Shown: positions 53,381 through 62,665, numbered from the stretch's first letter. The stretch: 64,000 nucleotides of DNA from an uncultured Bacteroidales bacterium (GCA_964469155.1 CAYXXU010000003.1:24511-88510), one strand, 5' to 3'. The notes: generated by a model not told the origin, from the letters alone. Made by a program: numbers and translations.

Positions 53381-54874
53381 ATGTTACGTTTTGTGATAAT
53401 TATTTTAGCAATTCTATTGACCATGCCCGAATTAAGCAATTCCCAGAATCCTATGAAAAATTCAACCGATCGCCCGCCCGCCGTTGCAGGTCAGTTTTAT
53501 CCGGCCGATTCTGCCAAACTGGAAAAAGAACTTCAGGCTCTTTTCTCGAAAGCATTACCCAAACAGGCAGCTAATGTTCTGGCCATAATTTCGCCTCATG
53601 CAGGATATGTGTTCTCAGGAGAAGTGGCTGCAACAGCCTTCAACCAGATTGATGCGGATAAGGACTACCAGACCATCTTCGTGATAGGATCCAGCCACCG
53701 TTCATACTTTAACGGGGCCGCCATTTATGTCGACGGGAATTTTATCACACCCCTGGGGACGGTGGAAGTGGATACCGCACTGGGCAATAAACTGATTAGC
53801 GAGCACAGTGTTTTCAAACGTTACAACGAGGCGCATAATTCGGAACATAGCCTGGAGGTGCAGCTTCCGTTTTTACAGTACAAACTCAGGAAGCCTTTCC
53901 GCATAGTGCCTATTGTTATCGGAACCGATGATATTGCAGATTGCAAGCTGGTGGCACGTGCATTATCGCCTTATTTTACGGATGAGAATCTGTTTGTGAT
54001 CAGTTCCGATTTTTCGCATTATCCCGGATATGCCAATGCGGTTATGGTTGATAAACTCACCACCGCAGCCATAGCCGGCAATTCGGCAAAGAATCTGCTG
54101 GATGTGTTGCGGTCGAACGAAAAGCTGTCCATTTCAAATCTGCTGACCAGCCTCTGCGGATGGACTTCGGTGCTGAGCCTGCTGTATATCACCGAAAAGA
54201 ATGAGAACCTGAATATTTCTGCCATTGAATATAAGAACTCGGGCGATGCAAACCTATACGGCGATACATCGCGGGTGGTGGGCTACACAGCCATGATTGT
54301 ATCTGCAAAGGACAAAACTTCTGAAGAGTTCTCCCTATCGGCAAAAGACAAGGAAAAGCTACTGCAAATTGCCCGCCGGACCCTCGACAGCTATATAAGA
54401 AAAGGAAGCATGCCTGAAGTGGATACTTCGACCTTATCGGATCAACTGAAAGCCAGGTGCGGGGCTTTTGTTTCGCTGCATAAGAACAGTAATCTGCGCG
54501 GCTGCATCGGACGATTCATCGCGAACCAACCGCTATACCTCATCGTGCAGGAAATGACCAAAGCCGCAGCCACTGAGGATACTCGCTTCAACATTGTGAA
54601 CATAGCCGAACTGAGCCATATCGATATCGAGATTTCGGTGCTTTCGCCCCTGCGAAAAATTCAATCTATCGATGAGATCGAAATGGGTACACACGGCATC
54701 TACATCATAAAGGGCAACTACAGCGGTACTTTTTTGCCTCAGGTAGCCACCCAAACAGGCTGGACCAAAGAAGAATTTCTGGGGCATTGTGCGGAAGACA
54801 AGGCAGGGATTGGATGGAGCGGCTGGAAAGATGCCGACATTTATGTGTATACCGCCATTGTTTTTGGCGAATAA
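53381..54874 (+). CDS. Fusion of AmmeMemoRadiSam system protein B (Memo-like dioxygenase fold) and protein A (AMMECR1 domain), with N-terminal signal peptide
   Basis: Signal-like MLRFVIIILAILLTMPELSNSQ. Memo part PAVAGQFYP, ISPHAGYVFSG, VIGSSH. AMMECR1 part GAFVSLHKNSNLRGCIGRF, GIYIIKGNYSGTFLPQVA. Confidence 0.8.
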   Translation: MLRFVIIILAILLTMPELSNSQNPMKNSTDRPPAVAGQFYPADSAKLEKELQALFSKALPKQAANVLAIISPHAGYVFSGEVAATAFNQIDADKDYQTIFVIGSSHRSYFNGAAIYVDGNFITPLGTVEVDTALGNKLISEHSVFKRYNEAHNSEHSLEVQLPFLQYKLRKPFRIVPIVIGTDDIADCKLVARALSPYFTDENLFVISSDFSHYPGYANAVMVDKLTTAAIAGNSAKNLLDVLRSNEKLSISNLLTSLCGWTSVLSLLYITEKNENLNISAIEYKNSGDANLYGDTSRVVGYTAMIVSAKDKTSEEFSLSAKDKEKLLQIARRTLDSYIRKGSMPEVDTSTLSDQLKARCGAFVSLHKNSNLRGCIGRFIANQPLYLIVQEMTKAAATEDTRFNIVNIAELSHIDIEISVLSPLRKIQSIDEIEMGTHGIYIIKGNYSGTFLPQVATQTGWTKEEFLGHCAEDKAGIGWSGWKDADIYVYTAIVFGE

Positions 54875-54889
54875 TAAGCCCACTAATCT

Positions 54890-55672
54890 TTGATAATGAC
54901 TTTCCGCGAACTGAAGGAACTCCTCGACGAAAAATACGAACAATACAACAGTCCGGCTTTTATAGCCGACGATCCTGTGGTGGTGCCCCACCAATTCTCC
55001 CGCAAGGAAGACATTGAGATAGCCGGTTTTTTTGCCGCTACGCTGGCCTGGGGCCAGCGGCCGCAAATCATACGAAGCAGCCTGCTACTGATGCAAATGA
55101 TGGACCAGCAACCTTACGGGTTTATCAAAACGGCCTCGGAACAGGAGATCAGCCGCTTCAGCAGTTTTGTATACCGCACCTTCAACGGGCAGGACTGTAT
55201 GTTCTTTATTCGTGCCCTGAAAAATATATATGCCAGGCATGGCGGGCCCGAAGCCGTTTTTACGGAAGCCTACCTCCGCCATAAAGATATAAAAGCTGCC
55301 ATCAGCGAATTCCGCTCCCTGTTTCTGAGCATACCTCACCCAGTGAGAAGCGAAAAACATATTTCCAATGCCGCCAAAGATTCGGCCTGCAAACGCATCA
55401 ATTTATTTTTGCGCTGGATGGTGCGCAGCGATAAGCATGGCGTGGACTTCGGCTTATGGAAAGGCATCCCCATGTCGGCCCTGTATTGCCCTTTGGATGT
55501 GCATACCGGCAATACTTCCCGCGAACTGGGTTTGCTGACCCACCAACAGAACAACTGGAAAGCCGTGGCCGAACTCACTGAAAATCTCAGGAAATTTGAT
55601 GCCCTTGACCCGGTGAAATACGATTATGCATTGTTTGGATTGGGGATTTACGACTCCAAAAAAAGGAGTTAG
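54890..55672 (+). CDS. TIGR02757/DUF2400-family protein
   Basis: FFAATLAWGQRPQI and CPLDVHTGNTSRELGL resemble the family as I recall it; unverified. Confidence 0.55.
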   Translation: MIMTFRELKELLDEKYEQYNSPAFIADDPVVVPHQFSRKEDIEIAGFFAATLAWGQRPQIIRSSLLLMQMMDQQPYGFIKTASEQEISRFSSFVYRTFNGQDCMFFIRALKNIYARHGGPEAVFTEAYLRHKDIKAAISEFRSLFLSIPHPVRSEKHISNAAKDSACKRINLFLRWMVRSDKHGVDFGLWKGIPMSALYCPLDVHTGNTSRELGLLTHQQNNWKAVAELTENLRKFDALDPVKYDYALFGLGIYDSKKRS

Positions 55673-55752
55673 TGGCCGGAAAATATTTCAAGTCTTGATC
55701 TTGCTAAAAGCACCATACCCGCAAAGAAAATATCAATTCCGGCATCTTCAAC

Positions 55753-55966
55753 AATGATTCCCGACTCTCCGGGATTCATTCCCTGAGTGTCGGGAATCAA
55801 ATCCAGACATCCGGGAATCATTCCCTGAGAGTCGGGAATCAAATCCAGACATCCGGGAATCAATCCCGAAGAGTCGGGAATCAAATCGAGACATCCGGGA
55901 ATCATTCCCGGAGCTCAGGGATTCAATCTCGGAGATCCGGGAATCATAATCGGAGACCCGGGAAAG
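55753..55966. repeat. Tandem array of ~10 copies of a 21-bp unit (42-bp super-unit) built on GGGAATC
   Basis: gggaatcattccctgagagtc / gggaatcaaatccagacatcc alternating; super-units start at 55771, 55813, 55855 and 55897. Contains the palindrome GGGAATcATTCCC. Confidence 0.9.
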
Positions 55967-56254
55967 CCCAAAAATGATGTTTTTGCAGCACCACAACATC
56001 TTGGTAGAATGCCCTAAGTCATATTATTACAGCATTTTAACACTACACCGACAACAACAATCATTGAAACCGGCTATTCCTTCAGTTACAAGGAACCATT
56101 GAAAAATCGAAATTAATATTCTATTTCCGGTTCAGGCAATATAAAATCCATTCAATAGAGTATCAAGGCATAATTTTTGCTGTTTTCCTCACATCTTAAG
56201 GTTTTTATTAAATTTGTGCATCATTCAGGTTACACCGGTCAAAATCTAACCACC

Positions 56255-56704
56255 ATGAATACAATCAAAACATTCGTTCTCAGGTTTCGCGCCAACTCGC
56301 TGAAGTATATACTTCGGCTGTTAGGCCTCAGTGGTTTCGGACTGCTGATGTCGTGCACCAAATACGGGGCTCCCGTTGCCGAATATGGTGTGCCCTGGCC
56401 CGACAACGGCATTAATTTCCATGGGAAAGTGATTTCGCACGATTCTCTCATACCCATTCCCAACATTCAGGTTAAGGTATTCAGCGAATATGAAGACACT
56501 GCCACTACAAGCACCAATGCTTCGGGTAATTATTCGGCCTATAAATATTCGTACGAGAACCAGGTAGTGAAGCTGAAGTTTGCCGACAAAGACGGGCCTC
56601 AAAACGGTGAGTTCTTTGATAAGACTATAGAAGTGGATGTAAGCTTCCGCGATGTGAACAACCTGGAACACCAGGCCGATGTACAACTACAACGCAAACC
56701 TTGA
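56255..56704 (+). CDS. Lipoprotein with carboxypeptidase-regulatory-like beta domain (radical-SAM-associated lipoprotein type)
   Basis: Lipobox LLMSC; mature N-terminus CTKYGAPVAEYGVPWP; FHGKVISHDSLIPIPNIQVKVF...NASGNY. TAAATTTG box at 56209-56216 supports ATG 56255. Confidence 0.65.
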   Translation: MNTIKTFVLRFRANSLKYILRLLGLSGFGLLMSCTKYGAPVAEYGVPWPDNGINFHGKVISHDSLIPIPNIQVKVFSEYEDTATTSTNASGNYSAYKYSYENQVVKLKFADKDGPQNGEFFDKTIEVDVSFRDVNNLEHQADVQLQRKP

Positions 56705-56707
56705 TAA

Positions 56708-57103
56708 ATGAAAATAAAAAGAAGAATCTTAAAGATCAGGTCGCGATTCTATTATTATTTGCTGGTGCTGATAGGCTCCACTTCTGTACTCATGCTTACG
56801 AGGTGCCATAACCCCAATTCAGAGGAAGATATAGCGCATCGCAACGATTCAATCGCCCGCGCACAAAGACTGCAGGATTCGCTGGCCACAGCCGATTCAA
56901 TAAACCTGGCGAAAACTTTGCAGGCTGGCCTGGATTCGGTTCGACGGGCCGATTCCCTTGCCAAAGCCAAAAAGAAGATCAGGGTCAAACCCCAGGCTCC
57001 CCAACAGTACGTTCCGGTGCAGCCCGTGGTCGATTACGGGGTGATACCCAACGAAACTCCTGCCACCAAATACGGTGTACCGGTGAACAATTACAAAAAC
57101 TGA
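56708..57103 (+). CDS. Putative lipoprotein with DSxAxA repeats and C-terminal twin YG[VI]P motifs
   Basis: Signal/lipobox ...VLMLTRC; DSIARA, DSLATA, DSINLA, DSVRRA, DSLAKA; C-terminus VVDYGVIPNETPATKYGVPVNNYKN. Confidence 0.6.
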   Translation: MKIKRRILKIRSRFYYYLLVLIGSTSVLMLTRCHNPNSEEDIAHRNDSIARAQRLQDSLATADSINLAKTLQAGLDSVRRADSLAKAKKKIRVKPQAPQQYVPVQPVVDYGVIPNETPATKYGVPVNNYKN

Positions 57104-57157
57104 TTTTTCATCGCCCTATTCATAAACTTTTGTAAATTTGGGTCAAAATCCATTGCT

Positions 57158-57523
57158 ATGAAGACCCATAAATCCATTTTACGATTCAAATCGCGTTTTT
57201 ATTATTACACCTTAATGCTGATAGGCTCGGTAAGCATGTTGTTCTTTACCCGGTGCAGCGGTCCTAACCCTGATGGTAATACCACTGATAAGCAGGACTC
57301 CCTGGCCAAAGCCAAACATCAGCAGGATTCGGTGGCCAAAGCCGATTCGCTGGGCAAGGCACAAAGAGAACAGGCACGGATGGATTCCATTGCCCGCGCT
57401 GATTCCATCGCCAAAGCAAAAAAACACAACAACCCATACAAGCCCAAGCCTGTGATCACCAAATATGGCATACCCATCAATCACCCCATTGCTGAATATG
57501 GTGCTCCCCCAAATTTTGAATAG
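57158..57523 (+). CDS. Paralogous putative lipoprotein with DSxAKA repeats and C-terminal twin YG[IA]P motifs
   Basis: ...MLFFTRC; DSLAKA, DSVAKA, DSLGKA, DSIARA, DSIAKA; C-terminus ITKYGIPINHPIAEYGAPPNFE. TAAATTTG box at 57133-57140. Confidence 0.6.
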   Translation: MKTHKSILRFKSRFYYYTLMLIGSVSMLFFTRCSGPNPDGNTTDKQDSLAKAKHQQDSVAKADSLGKAQREQARMDSIARADSIAKAKKHNNPYKPKPVITKYGIPINHPIAEYGAPPNFE

Positions 57524-57676
57524 GATTTTACTTTTGGTAATTTGGTCAGTCTAATGAATACTCAGATATCAAAATTGATGTGCTTTATAGCCACAAAGGC
57601 TCAAAGACAATAAGAAACTCCAAGAACTTTATTATACACTATATATTTTAGTGAATCTTGGAGTCTTTGTGTCTTA

Positions 57677-58816
57677 GTGGCATTATTTTCGTCTCTTTTT
57701 TACAAAAAAAACCAAAAAAGAAAAGTATTGAAAAACCACCGTCCCGGATTCCGCAAACGAGTTGCACTGAATGTTTTCAGCAAATACGTAAACGTTCAGT
57801 CGCAACTGCACGAACTCTCTTATTTCTTTTGGGAATGTACCCTGCGCTGCAACATCAAATGTATACACTGCGGCAGCGACTGCCGCTCCGAATCGGGTAT
57901 AAAAGACATGCCATACCAGGATTTCCTGAAAGTAACCGAACAGGTAAGCAAAGTCTATGATCCCCACAAGGTGATGATAGTCATTACGGGTGGCGAGCCC
58001 CTGATGCGCAAGGATCTGGAAGAATGTGGCAAAGAACTCTACAAACAGGGTTTTCCCTGGGGTTTTGTCACCAATGGCTACGCCCTCACAGCCGAAAGGT
58101 TTAAAAACCTTTTGGCCAGCGGTCTGCGTTCGATGACCATCAGCCTCGACGGCTTCGAAGAAAGTCACAACTGGATGCGAGGCAACCCCCATAGTTTCGA
58201 AAAAGCCGTGAATGCCATACAACTGGCGGTAAGTGCCGGCGACAACATAGTTTACGATGTGGTCACCTGTGTCAACCAGAAAAACTTCGGCGAACTTCTT
58301 GCCCTGAAACAATTCCTCATCAACCTGGGAGTAAAGCGTTGGAGGATATTCAGTATTTGCCCCATTGGGCGTGCTAAAGAAAACCCTCTGCTGAGCATCA
58401 GCAACGAACAGTTCCGCCAGGTACTCGATTTCATAAAAGCCAATCGTGAAGAAGGCATCCTTCAGACCAGTTTTGGCTGCGAAGGTTTTCTGGGCGATTA
58501 CGAATCGGAGGTGCGCGATGGGTTCTTCTTCTGCCGTGCAGGCATCAATATTGCTTCGGTGCTGGCCGATGGGTCCATTTGTGCCTGCCCCAACATCAAC
58601 CGGGAAGCCTTTAGGCAGGGCAATATCTACAAAGATGACTTTATGGATGTCTGGAACAACCGGTTCCAACCCATGCGCGACCGCAACTGGGCCAAAGAGG
58701 GACAATGTGCAGATTGTAAAGAATTCAGTTGGTGCCGTGGCAACGGAACACATCTAAGAGACGTTGAGAACCATGATGTGTTGCGCTGCCACTATAAAAT
58801 GATCAAAGAGGAATAG
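57677..58816 (+). CDS. Radical SAM enzyme with C-terminal SPASM-type auxiliary cluster domain
   Basis: CNIKCIHC (CxxxCxxC), GGEPLM, C-terminal CACPN...CADCKEFSWCRGNG. GTG start at 57677 is uncertain (alternative TTG 57728). Confidence 0.8.
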   Translation: MALFSSLFYKKNQKRKVLKNHRPGFRKRVALNVFSKYVNVQSQLHELSYFFWECTLRCNIKCIHCGSDCRSESGIKDMPYQDFLKVTEQVSKVYDPHKVMIVITGGEPLMRKDLEECGKELYKQGFPWGFVTNGYALTAERFKNLLASGLRSMTISLDGFEESHNWMRGNPHSFEKAVNAIQLAVSAGDNIVYDVVTCVNQKNFGELLALKQFLINLGVKRWRIFSICPIGRAKENPLLSISNEQFRQVLDFIKANREEGILQTSFGCEGFLGDYESEVRDGFFFCRAGINIASVLADGSICACPNINREAFRQGNIYKDDFMDVWNNRFQPMRDRNWAKEGQCADCKEFSWCRGNGTHLRDVENHDVLRCHYKMIKEE

Positions 58817-58829
58817 GGATAGAACTTTT

Positions 58830-60986
58830 CTAGGGTTTCGGTTTATACTTCTCCGCCTGCCGGATATAATCCTCTGCATTCTTCAGATCGCCCATAATAC
58901 GATAGGTTTGTGAGATGTTCATGTAAAGTTCGTACTTCTGAGGTTTTATCTTCAGGGCTTGCTGGAAATAAGAAAGAGATTTATAGAAATCCTTCTTCAT
59001 GCCGTAAACAATTCCCAGATTCTCCATGGAAGATTCATCATTAGGTTTAATTTTTATGGCACTCAAAAAGCAATCTTCAGCGGCATCCAGGCGACCAAGG
59101 TTCTGCCCGTATATCTCGCCCAACTTGCTCATGGCGTCCACATAATCGGGTTTCAGTTGCAGTGTTTTATTCAGAGAAATGATGGCGGAATCGAATTGGT
59201 TCATACCCCTGTAGGCGACACCCAAACCATAATAGTAATCAGGCATATCAGGTTTATATCTAAGCAATATCTTATAATCAATAATGGCTTCGGCAAACTG
59301 CTGGTTCTTATTGGCCACCTGTGCCAGGTACAGCAGATTGTTGAGTGCATGCGGATGTTTGGGATTAATTTTCAGGCAATTCATAAAACACAAACGGCTG
59401 GCAGCATAATCCTTCCGTTTGATATCGCAGTTGCCCAGCAAATTCCAGGCATTCAGGTTGCGGGGATATATCTCCACAGCTTTGTTCAGATATCCGTAGG
59501 CCTGCTGAATATATTGATTCTTCTGTAGCTCGTTATCAGTCGAGTCAGCTTTTTCAAGCAGTTTACCTCCCGCCGAAGTATTGCATTTGGTGCTATTCTC
59601 CGACACTTTCACATCGGTGGTAAACAGAGTCACGTCGTCCATCCAAACGCGGTTGCGGCTGATGGTCTTTACAGAATATCCCAGCAACACGACTATCAAT
59701 ATGAACATAGCCGTATTCCGGTAAGCATCCTTATTTTTCATCTTTTTCTTCAAATAAACCGTAAGGAACCAACCGATAAAAACGCAGAAACCCAGCAAGG
59801 CAGTGAACATAAAACGTTCGTTCATAAAGGTACCGATGTTGAACACGAAGTTCGAAACTATGGAGAATGTTATAAAGAAGAACAAAATGGCGAAAACCGG
59901 AAGGCTTTTGCTGCGAAACTGCCACAAGGCATAAACCAGCATACCTCCGAAAATAATAACTGGCAGAATAGCCCTGAAATCCCCGAAACCTATAATGGGT
60001 ATCTGTTTTGGATAATAATCATGCGTGAGCGGATGGGGGAATATTAATAGCAGGAGGTATTTCAGCCAGGTAAACATGATGGTGGCATACTTTTGCATGA
60101 CCGAAGCGCCCACAAAGGGATCGTTCAACAATTCGATGGTATTTACATTGCTGATACGCGCCCCTATCATGCTCATGCGCAGCACAAAATAGAGTACTAT
60201 CGCCACCAGCAAAGGGATTATGATCACCAGATGGTCTTTCAGTTTGGCTTTGGTGAACATATACAGCATTAAAGGTATAGCTGCCAAAAAAGTAAGAGCA
60301 TTCTCTTTCGATAATATCGCCAGAAAAAAGACAGGCAAGATCAGTACCGCATGGTATATCTTCTGCTTTTCGATGTACAACAACGCAAGGTAGACACTAC
60401 CCAGCGAAAGCAGCAGGCACAATATCTCATCCCGTCCTTTGATGTTGGCCACTACTTCGGTATGCAGCGGATGGGCCGTAAACAAAAGGGCCGTTACAAA
60501 AGCAAGCGACAGAAACCAGATATTGGAAGTATAGGTGGTAAACAATCTCTTTAGAATAATGTAGAGTAGCATGCAGGTGAGGGCATACAGCAACACATTG
60601 ATCAGGTGACCGACAAACGGATTGAATCCGAAGAGTTCCTTTTCCAGCGCGAACATCACCTGCGACAAAGGCCTATAACGGCCTCCCGGCAGCAGGTTGT
60701 TCTTACCCAGGAATCCTACAAAAGCGTCGTTGGTAAATATCTCTTTGATCCCCCCTACCCCTTTTTGAGTAAAGGTATTGCCGGTAATCATCAGCGAATC
60801 GTCGAGGGTGTATTTCAGGTCGAGGGTGTTGGCGTAGAGCAGGAATGCAAATGCAAACACCATCCATTTCAAATATTTCTGCGGAACAGTGGTTGCCTTA
60901 GGCGGGGCTTTGGTTTCCTGAATACTACTTTTGAAGTCGCCCTTTGCAGGCGAACGCTTGTGTTGCTTAGCTTTTACGGCAGCCAT
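58830..60986 (-). CDS. Polytopic membrane protein with C-terminal TPR repeats (PMT_2/TMTC-like glycosyltransferase candidate)
   Basis: About 11-12 hydrophobic segments in the N-terminal 450 aa, then tandem TPR-like units (AYGYLNKAVEIYPRNLNAWNLLG..., YYGLGVAYRGMNQFDSAI...). Confidence 0.65.
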   Translation of the reverse strand: MAAVKAKQHKRSPAKGDFKSSIQETKAPPKATTVPQKYLKWMVFAFAFLLYANTLDLKYTLDDSLMITGNTFTQKGVGGIKEIFTNDAFVGFLGKNNLLPGGRYRPLSQVMFALEKELFGFNPFVGHLINVLLYALTCMLLYIILKRLFTTYTSNIWFLSLAFVTALLFTAHPLHTEVVANIKGRDEILCLLLSLGSVYLALLYIEKQKIYHAVLILPVFFLAILSKENALTFLAAIPLMLYMFTKAKLKDHLVIIIPLLVAIVLYFVLRMSMIGARISNVNTIELLNDPFVGASVMQKYATIMFTWLKYLLLLIFPHPLTHDYYPKQIPIIGFGDFRAILPVIIFGGMLVYALWQFRSKSLPVFAILFFFITFSIVSNFVFNIGTFMNERFMFTALLGFCVFIGWFLTVYLKKKMKNKDAYRNTAMFILIVVLLGYSVKTISRNRVWMDDVTLFTTDVKVSENSTKCNTSAGGKLLEKADSTDNELQKNQYIQQAYGYLNKAVEIYPRNLNAWNLLGNCDIKRKDYAASRLCFMNCLKINPKHPHALNNLLYLAQVANKNQQFAEAIIDYKILLRYKPDMPDYYYGLGVAYRGMNQFDSAIISLNKTLQLKPDYVDAMSKLGEIYGQNLGRLDAAEDCFLSAIKIKPNDESSMENLGIVYGMKKDFYKSLSYFQQALKIKPQKYELYMNISQTYRIMGDLKNAEDYIRQAEKYKPKP

Positions 60987-60992
60987 GCTTCA

Positions 60993-62447
60993 TTATTTGA
61001 TAGGTATCACCAGGTCGCGGCCTACCTTGATCGACTTTTCGTCTTTGATATCGTTGGCTTTCAGCACAGATGCCTTGGGCACATTGTATTTTTTGGCAAT
61101 CACATCCGCTGTTTCGCCTTTGGCCACTGTATGATTGGCTTTTATGGGAATCAGCAGTTTCTGGTTCTCGGCAATATTGTCGTTTTTCAACTTATTCTTT
61201 AGTTTGATAAAGGCAACCGGAATGCCGAACTTAGTAGCTATTTTGCCGAGTATTTCGCCTTTTTTGACCTGGTAGCTAATCCAGTTGGTATCGGGTTTGG
61301 CGACATTGTTATCTGTTTTCACCACATTACTTTCCTTTTTCGGGATAGTATCCTGAACAGTTTTTTTTACCGAATCGGTCACAATCACATTTTTATCGCT
61401 GGCCAAGGGGGTGGTAACTCCCTGACGGATGAACATATCCCAGACGATGTAAGCCAGCAAAAGCACCACCGCTGAAATGGCAGCCACTTTAATTCGCTTC
61501 ATCCACAATGCGCTGATGTGAATCTTATTTCCCATGGTAAAAGGTTTCTTTTCTTTTTTGGGTTTGGGTTCTTTATGTTCCTCGGGTTCGTATAATCTTT
61601 CCTTTTTATCGGGTTTCACCTCGGTGAGTTTGCCGCTCACATCAATGAACTTCGACTTTTTATTGGCTACATTATAGAACTGTACTAACTGAACTGTAAT
61701 ATTGTCGGTGCCTCCGTTGTCGTTGGCGAGTTGGGAAAGTTTCATGGCTTTGTGCTGCACCGAAATGTTTTCGTTCAACACATTTTCAATTTCCATATCG
61801 CTGACCATGCCCGTAAGTCCGTCGGAACAGAGTACCAGGATATCGTTGTTGGCAGGCAGGGCGAAGCCGGGGCCGGTTTCGACCTCCACATCGGCGGCAA
61901 TACCCAGTACACGGGTGATGATGTTGCGGTCGGGATGTTCGAGGGCTTCTTCGGGGGTGATGGTGCCCTGGTCGAGCATTTCCTGCACGAGGGAATGATC
62001 GCGTGTGAGGGGATATAGTTTGCCGCCCGACTGGATGTAGATGCGGCTATCGCCCACATGGGCATAATATACCTTGTCGTACCGAATAATAATCATAACA
62101 ATGGTGGTGCCCATTCCGGCGAGTTCGGCATCGGATTTCGATTTTTTATAGACTACCGAATTGGCAAATTCGATAGAGGCTTTGAGGGCATCTTCGGGCA
62201 TATCGAAATAATGGTTTTCGAGATAGGCGCGTATGTTTTCGACGGCAGTGCGTGAGGCTGTGGCCCCGCCGCGGTGTCCGCCCATGCCGTCGCAGACGAG
62301 GAAAACATGGCCGTTGATACATTCGAAATAGCCCATATAGTCTTCGTTTTCGCTGCGAACCAGGCCTATATCGGTAGCGTTGCCGAAATCGAAATTCTTG
62401 AGGTCTTGTGTTTTTGCCATATTCAAATTGTGTTTTGCTACAGGCAA
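60993..62447 (-). CDS. PP2C-family Ser/Thr phosphatase with transmembrane segment and two C-terminal LysM domains
   Basis: VCDGMGGHRGGATAS, HVGDSRIY, CSDGL, GGTDNITV; TM IKVAAISAVVLLLAYIVW; LysM YQVKKGEILGKIATKFG and HTVAKGETADVIAKKYN. Confidence 0.85.
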   Translation of the reverse strand: MPVAKHNLNMAKTQDLKNFDFGNATDIGLVRSENEDYMGYFECINGHVFLVCDGMGGHRGGATASRTAVENIRAYLENHYFDMPEDALKASIEFANSVVYKKSKSDAELAGMGTTIVMIIIRYDKVYYAHVGDSRIYIQSGGKLYPLTRDHSLVQEMLDQGTITPEEALEHPDRNIITRVLGIAADVEVETGPGFALPANNDILVLCSDGLTGMVSDMEIENVLNENISVQHKAMKLSQLANDNGGTDNITVQLVQFYNVANKKSKFIDVSGKLTEVKPDKKERLYEPEEHKEPKPKKEKKPFTMGNKIHISALWMKRIKVAAISAVVLLLAYIVWDMFIRQGVTTPLASDKNVIVTDSVKKTVQDTIPKKESNVVKTDNNVAKPDTNWISYQVKKGEILGKIATKFGIPVAFIKLKNKLKNDNIAENQKLLIPIKANHTVAKGETADVIAKKYNVPKASVLKANDIKDEKSIKVGRDLVIPIK

Positions 62448-62657
62448 ATATACAAAAGATATAATGGTGGCCGAAAAAAATTTGAGGGAGTTATAAAAGG
62501 GAGGGTGTTAGTAAAGGGGAAGTGTGGAGTGTGGAGTGTGGAGTTGGGGGAGATGATCATTAGTAGTCATGCCGACATTTATTTACCGGTCCGGCAGATA
62601 CAACCCACTAACCATTGTACCTGACATTTTTCAAATGACAAATCTGTGTTAAATTCA

Positions 62658-62665
62658 TACCTTTG
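62658..62665 (+). promoter_or_regulatory. Bacteroidota -7 promoter box TACCTTTG
   Basis: TAnnTTTG match 22 nt upstream of ATG 62688; lies inside the longer track ORF. Confidence 0.45.

Noticed and set aside
4925-55966. Possibility that the tandem repeat regions (4925-5300, 55753-55966) are CRISPR arrays
   Set aside because: The repeats are contiguous and degenerate, without unique spacers of constant length. No cas genes occur in the window. The CARF genes at 36.8-38.5 kb have no adjacent array.
55669-55999. Two minus-strand ORFs (78 and 83 aa) encoding IPGCLDLIPDS-type repeats
   Set aside because: They are simply translations of the 21-bp tandem DNA array, with no credible start context or non-repeat flanks.
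57683-58753. 356-aa minus-strand ORF
   Set aside because: Antisense to the radical SAM/SPASM gene, which carries CxxxCxxC and SPASM cysteine motifs. No motif on the minus frame.
57677-58816. Radical SAM gene as the missing AmmeMemoRadiSam partner of the Memo-AMMECR1 fusion
   Set aside because: The AmmeMemoRadiSam activase is PflA-like without a SPASM domain. This protein has a C-terminal SPASM cysteine cluster and is separated by five genes, so it was assigned instead to the lipoprotein cluster.
60606-61202. 198-aa plus-strand ORF, and the other plus-strand ORFs between 58959 and 62624
   Set aside because: Antisense shadows of the TPR membrane protein and the PP2C-LysM genes, both of which have strong domain signatures on the minus strand.
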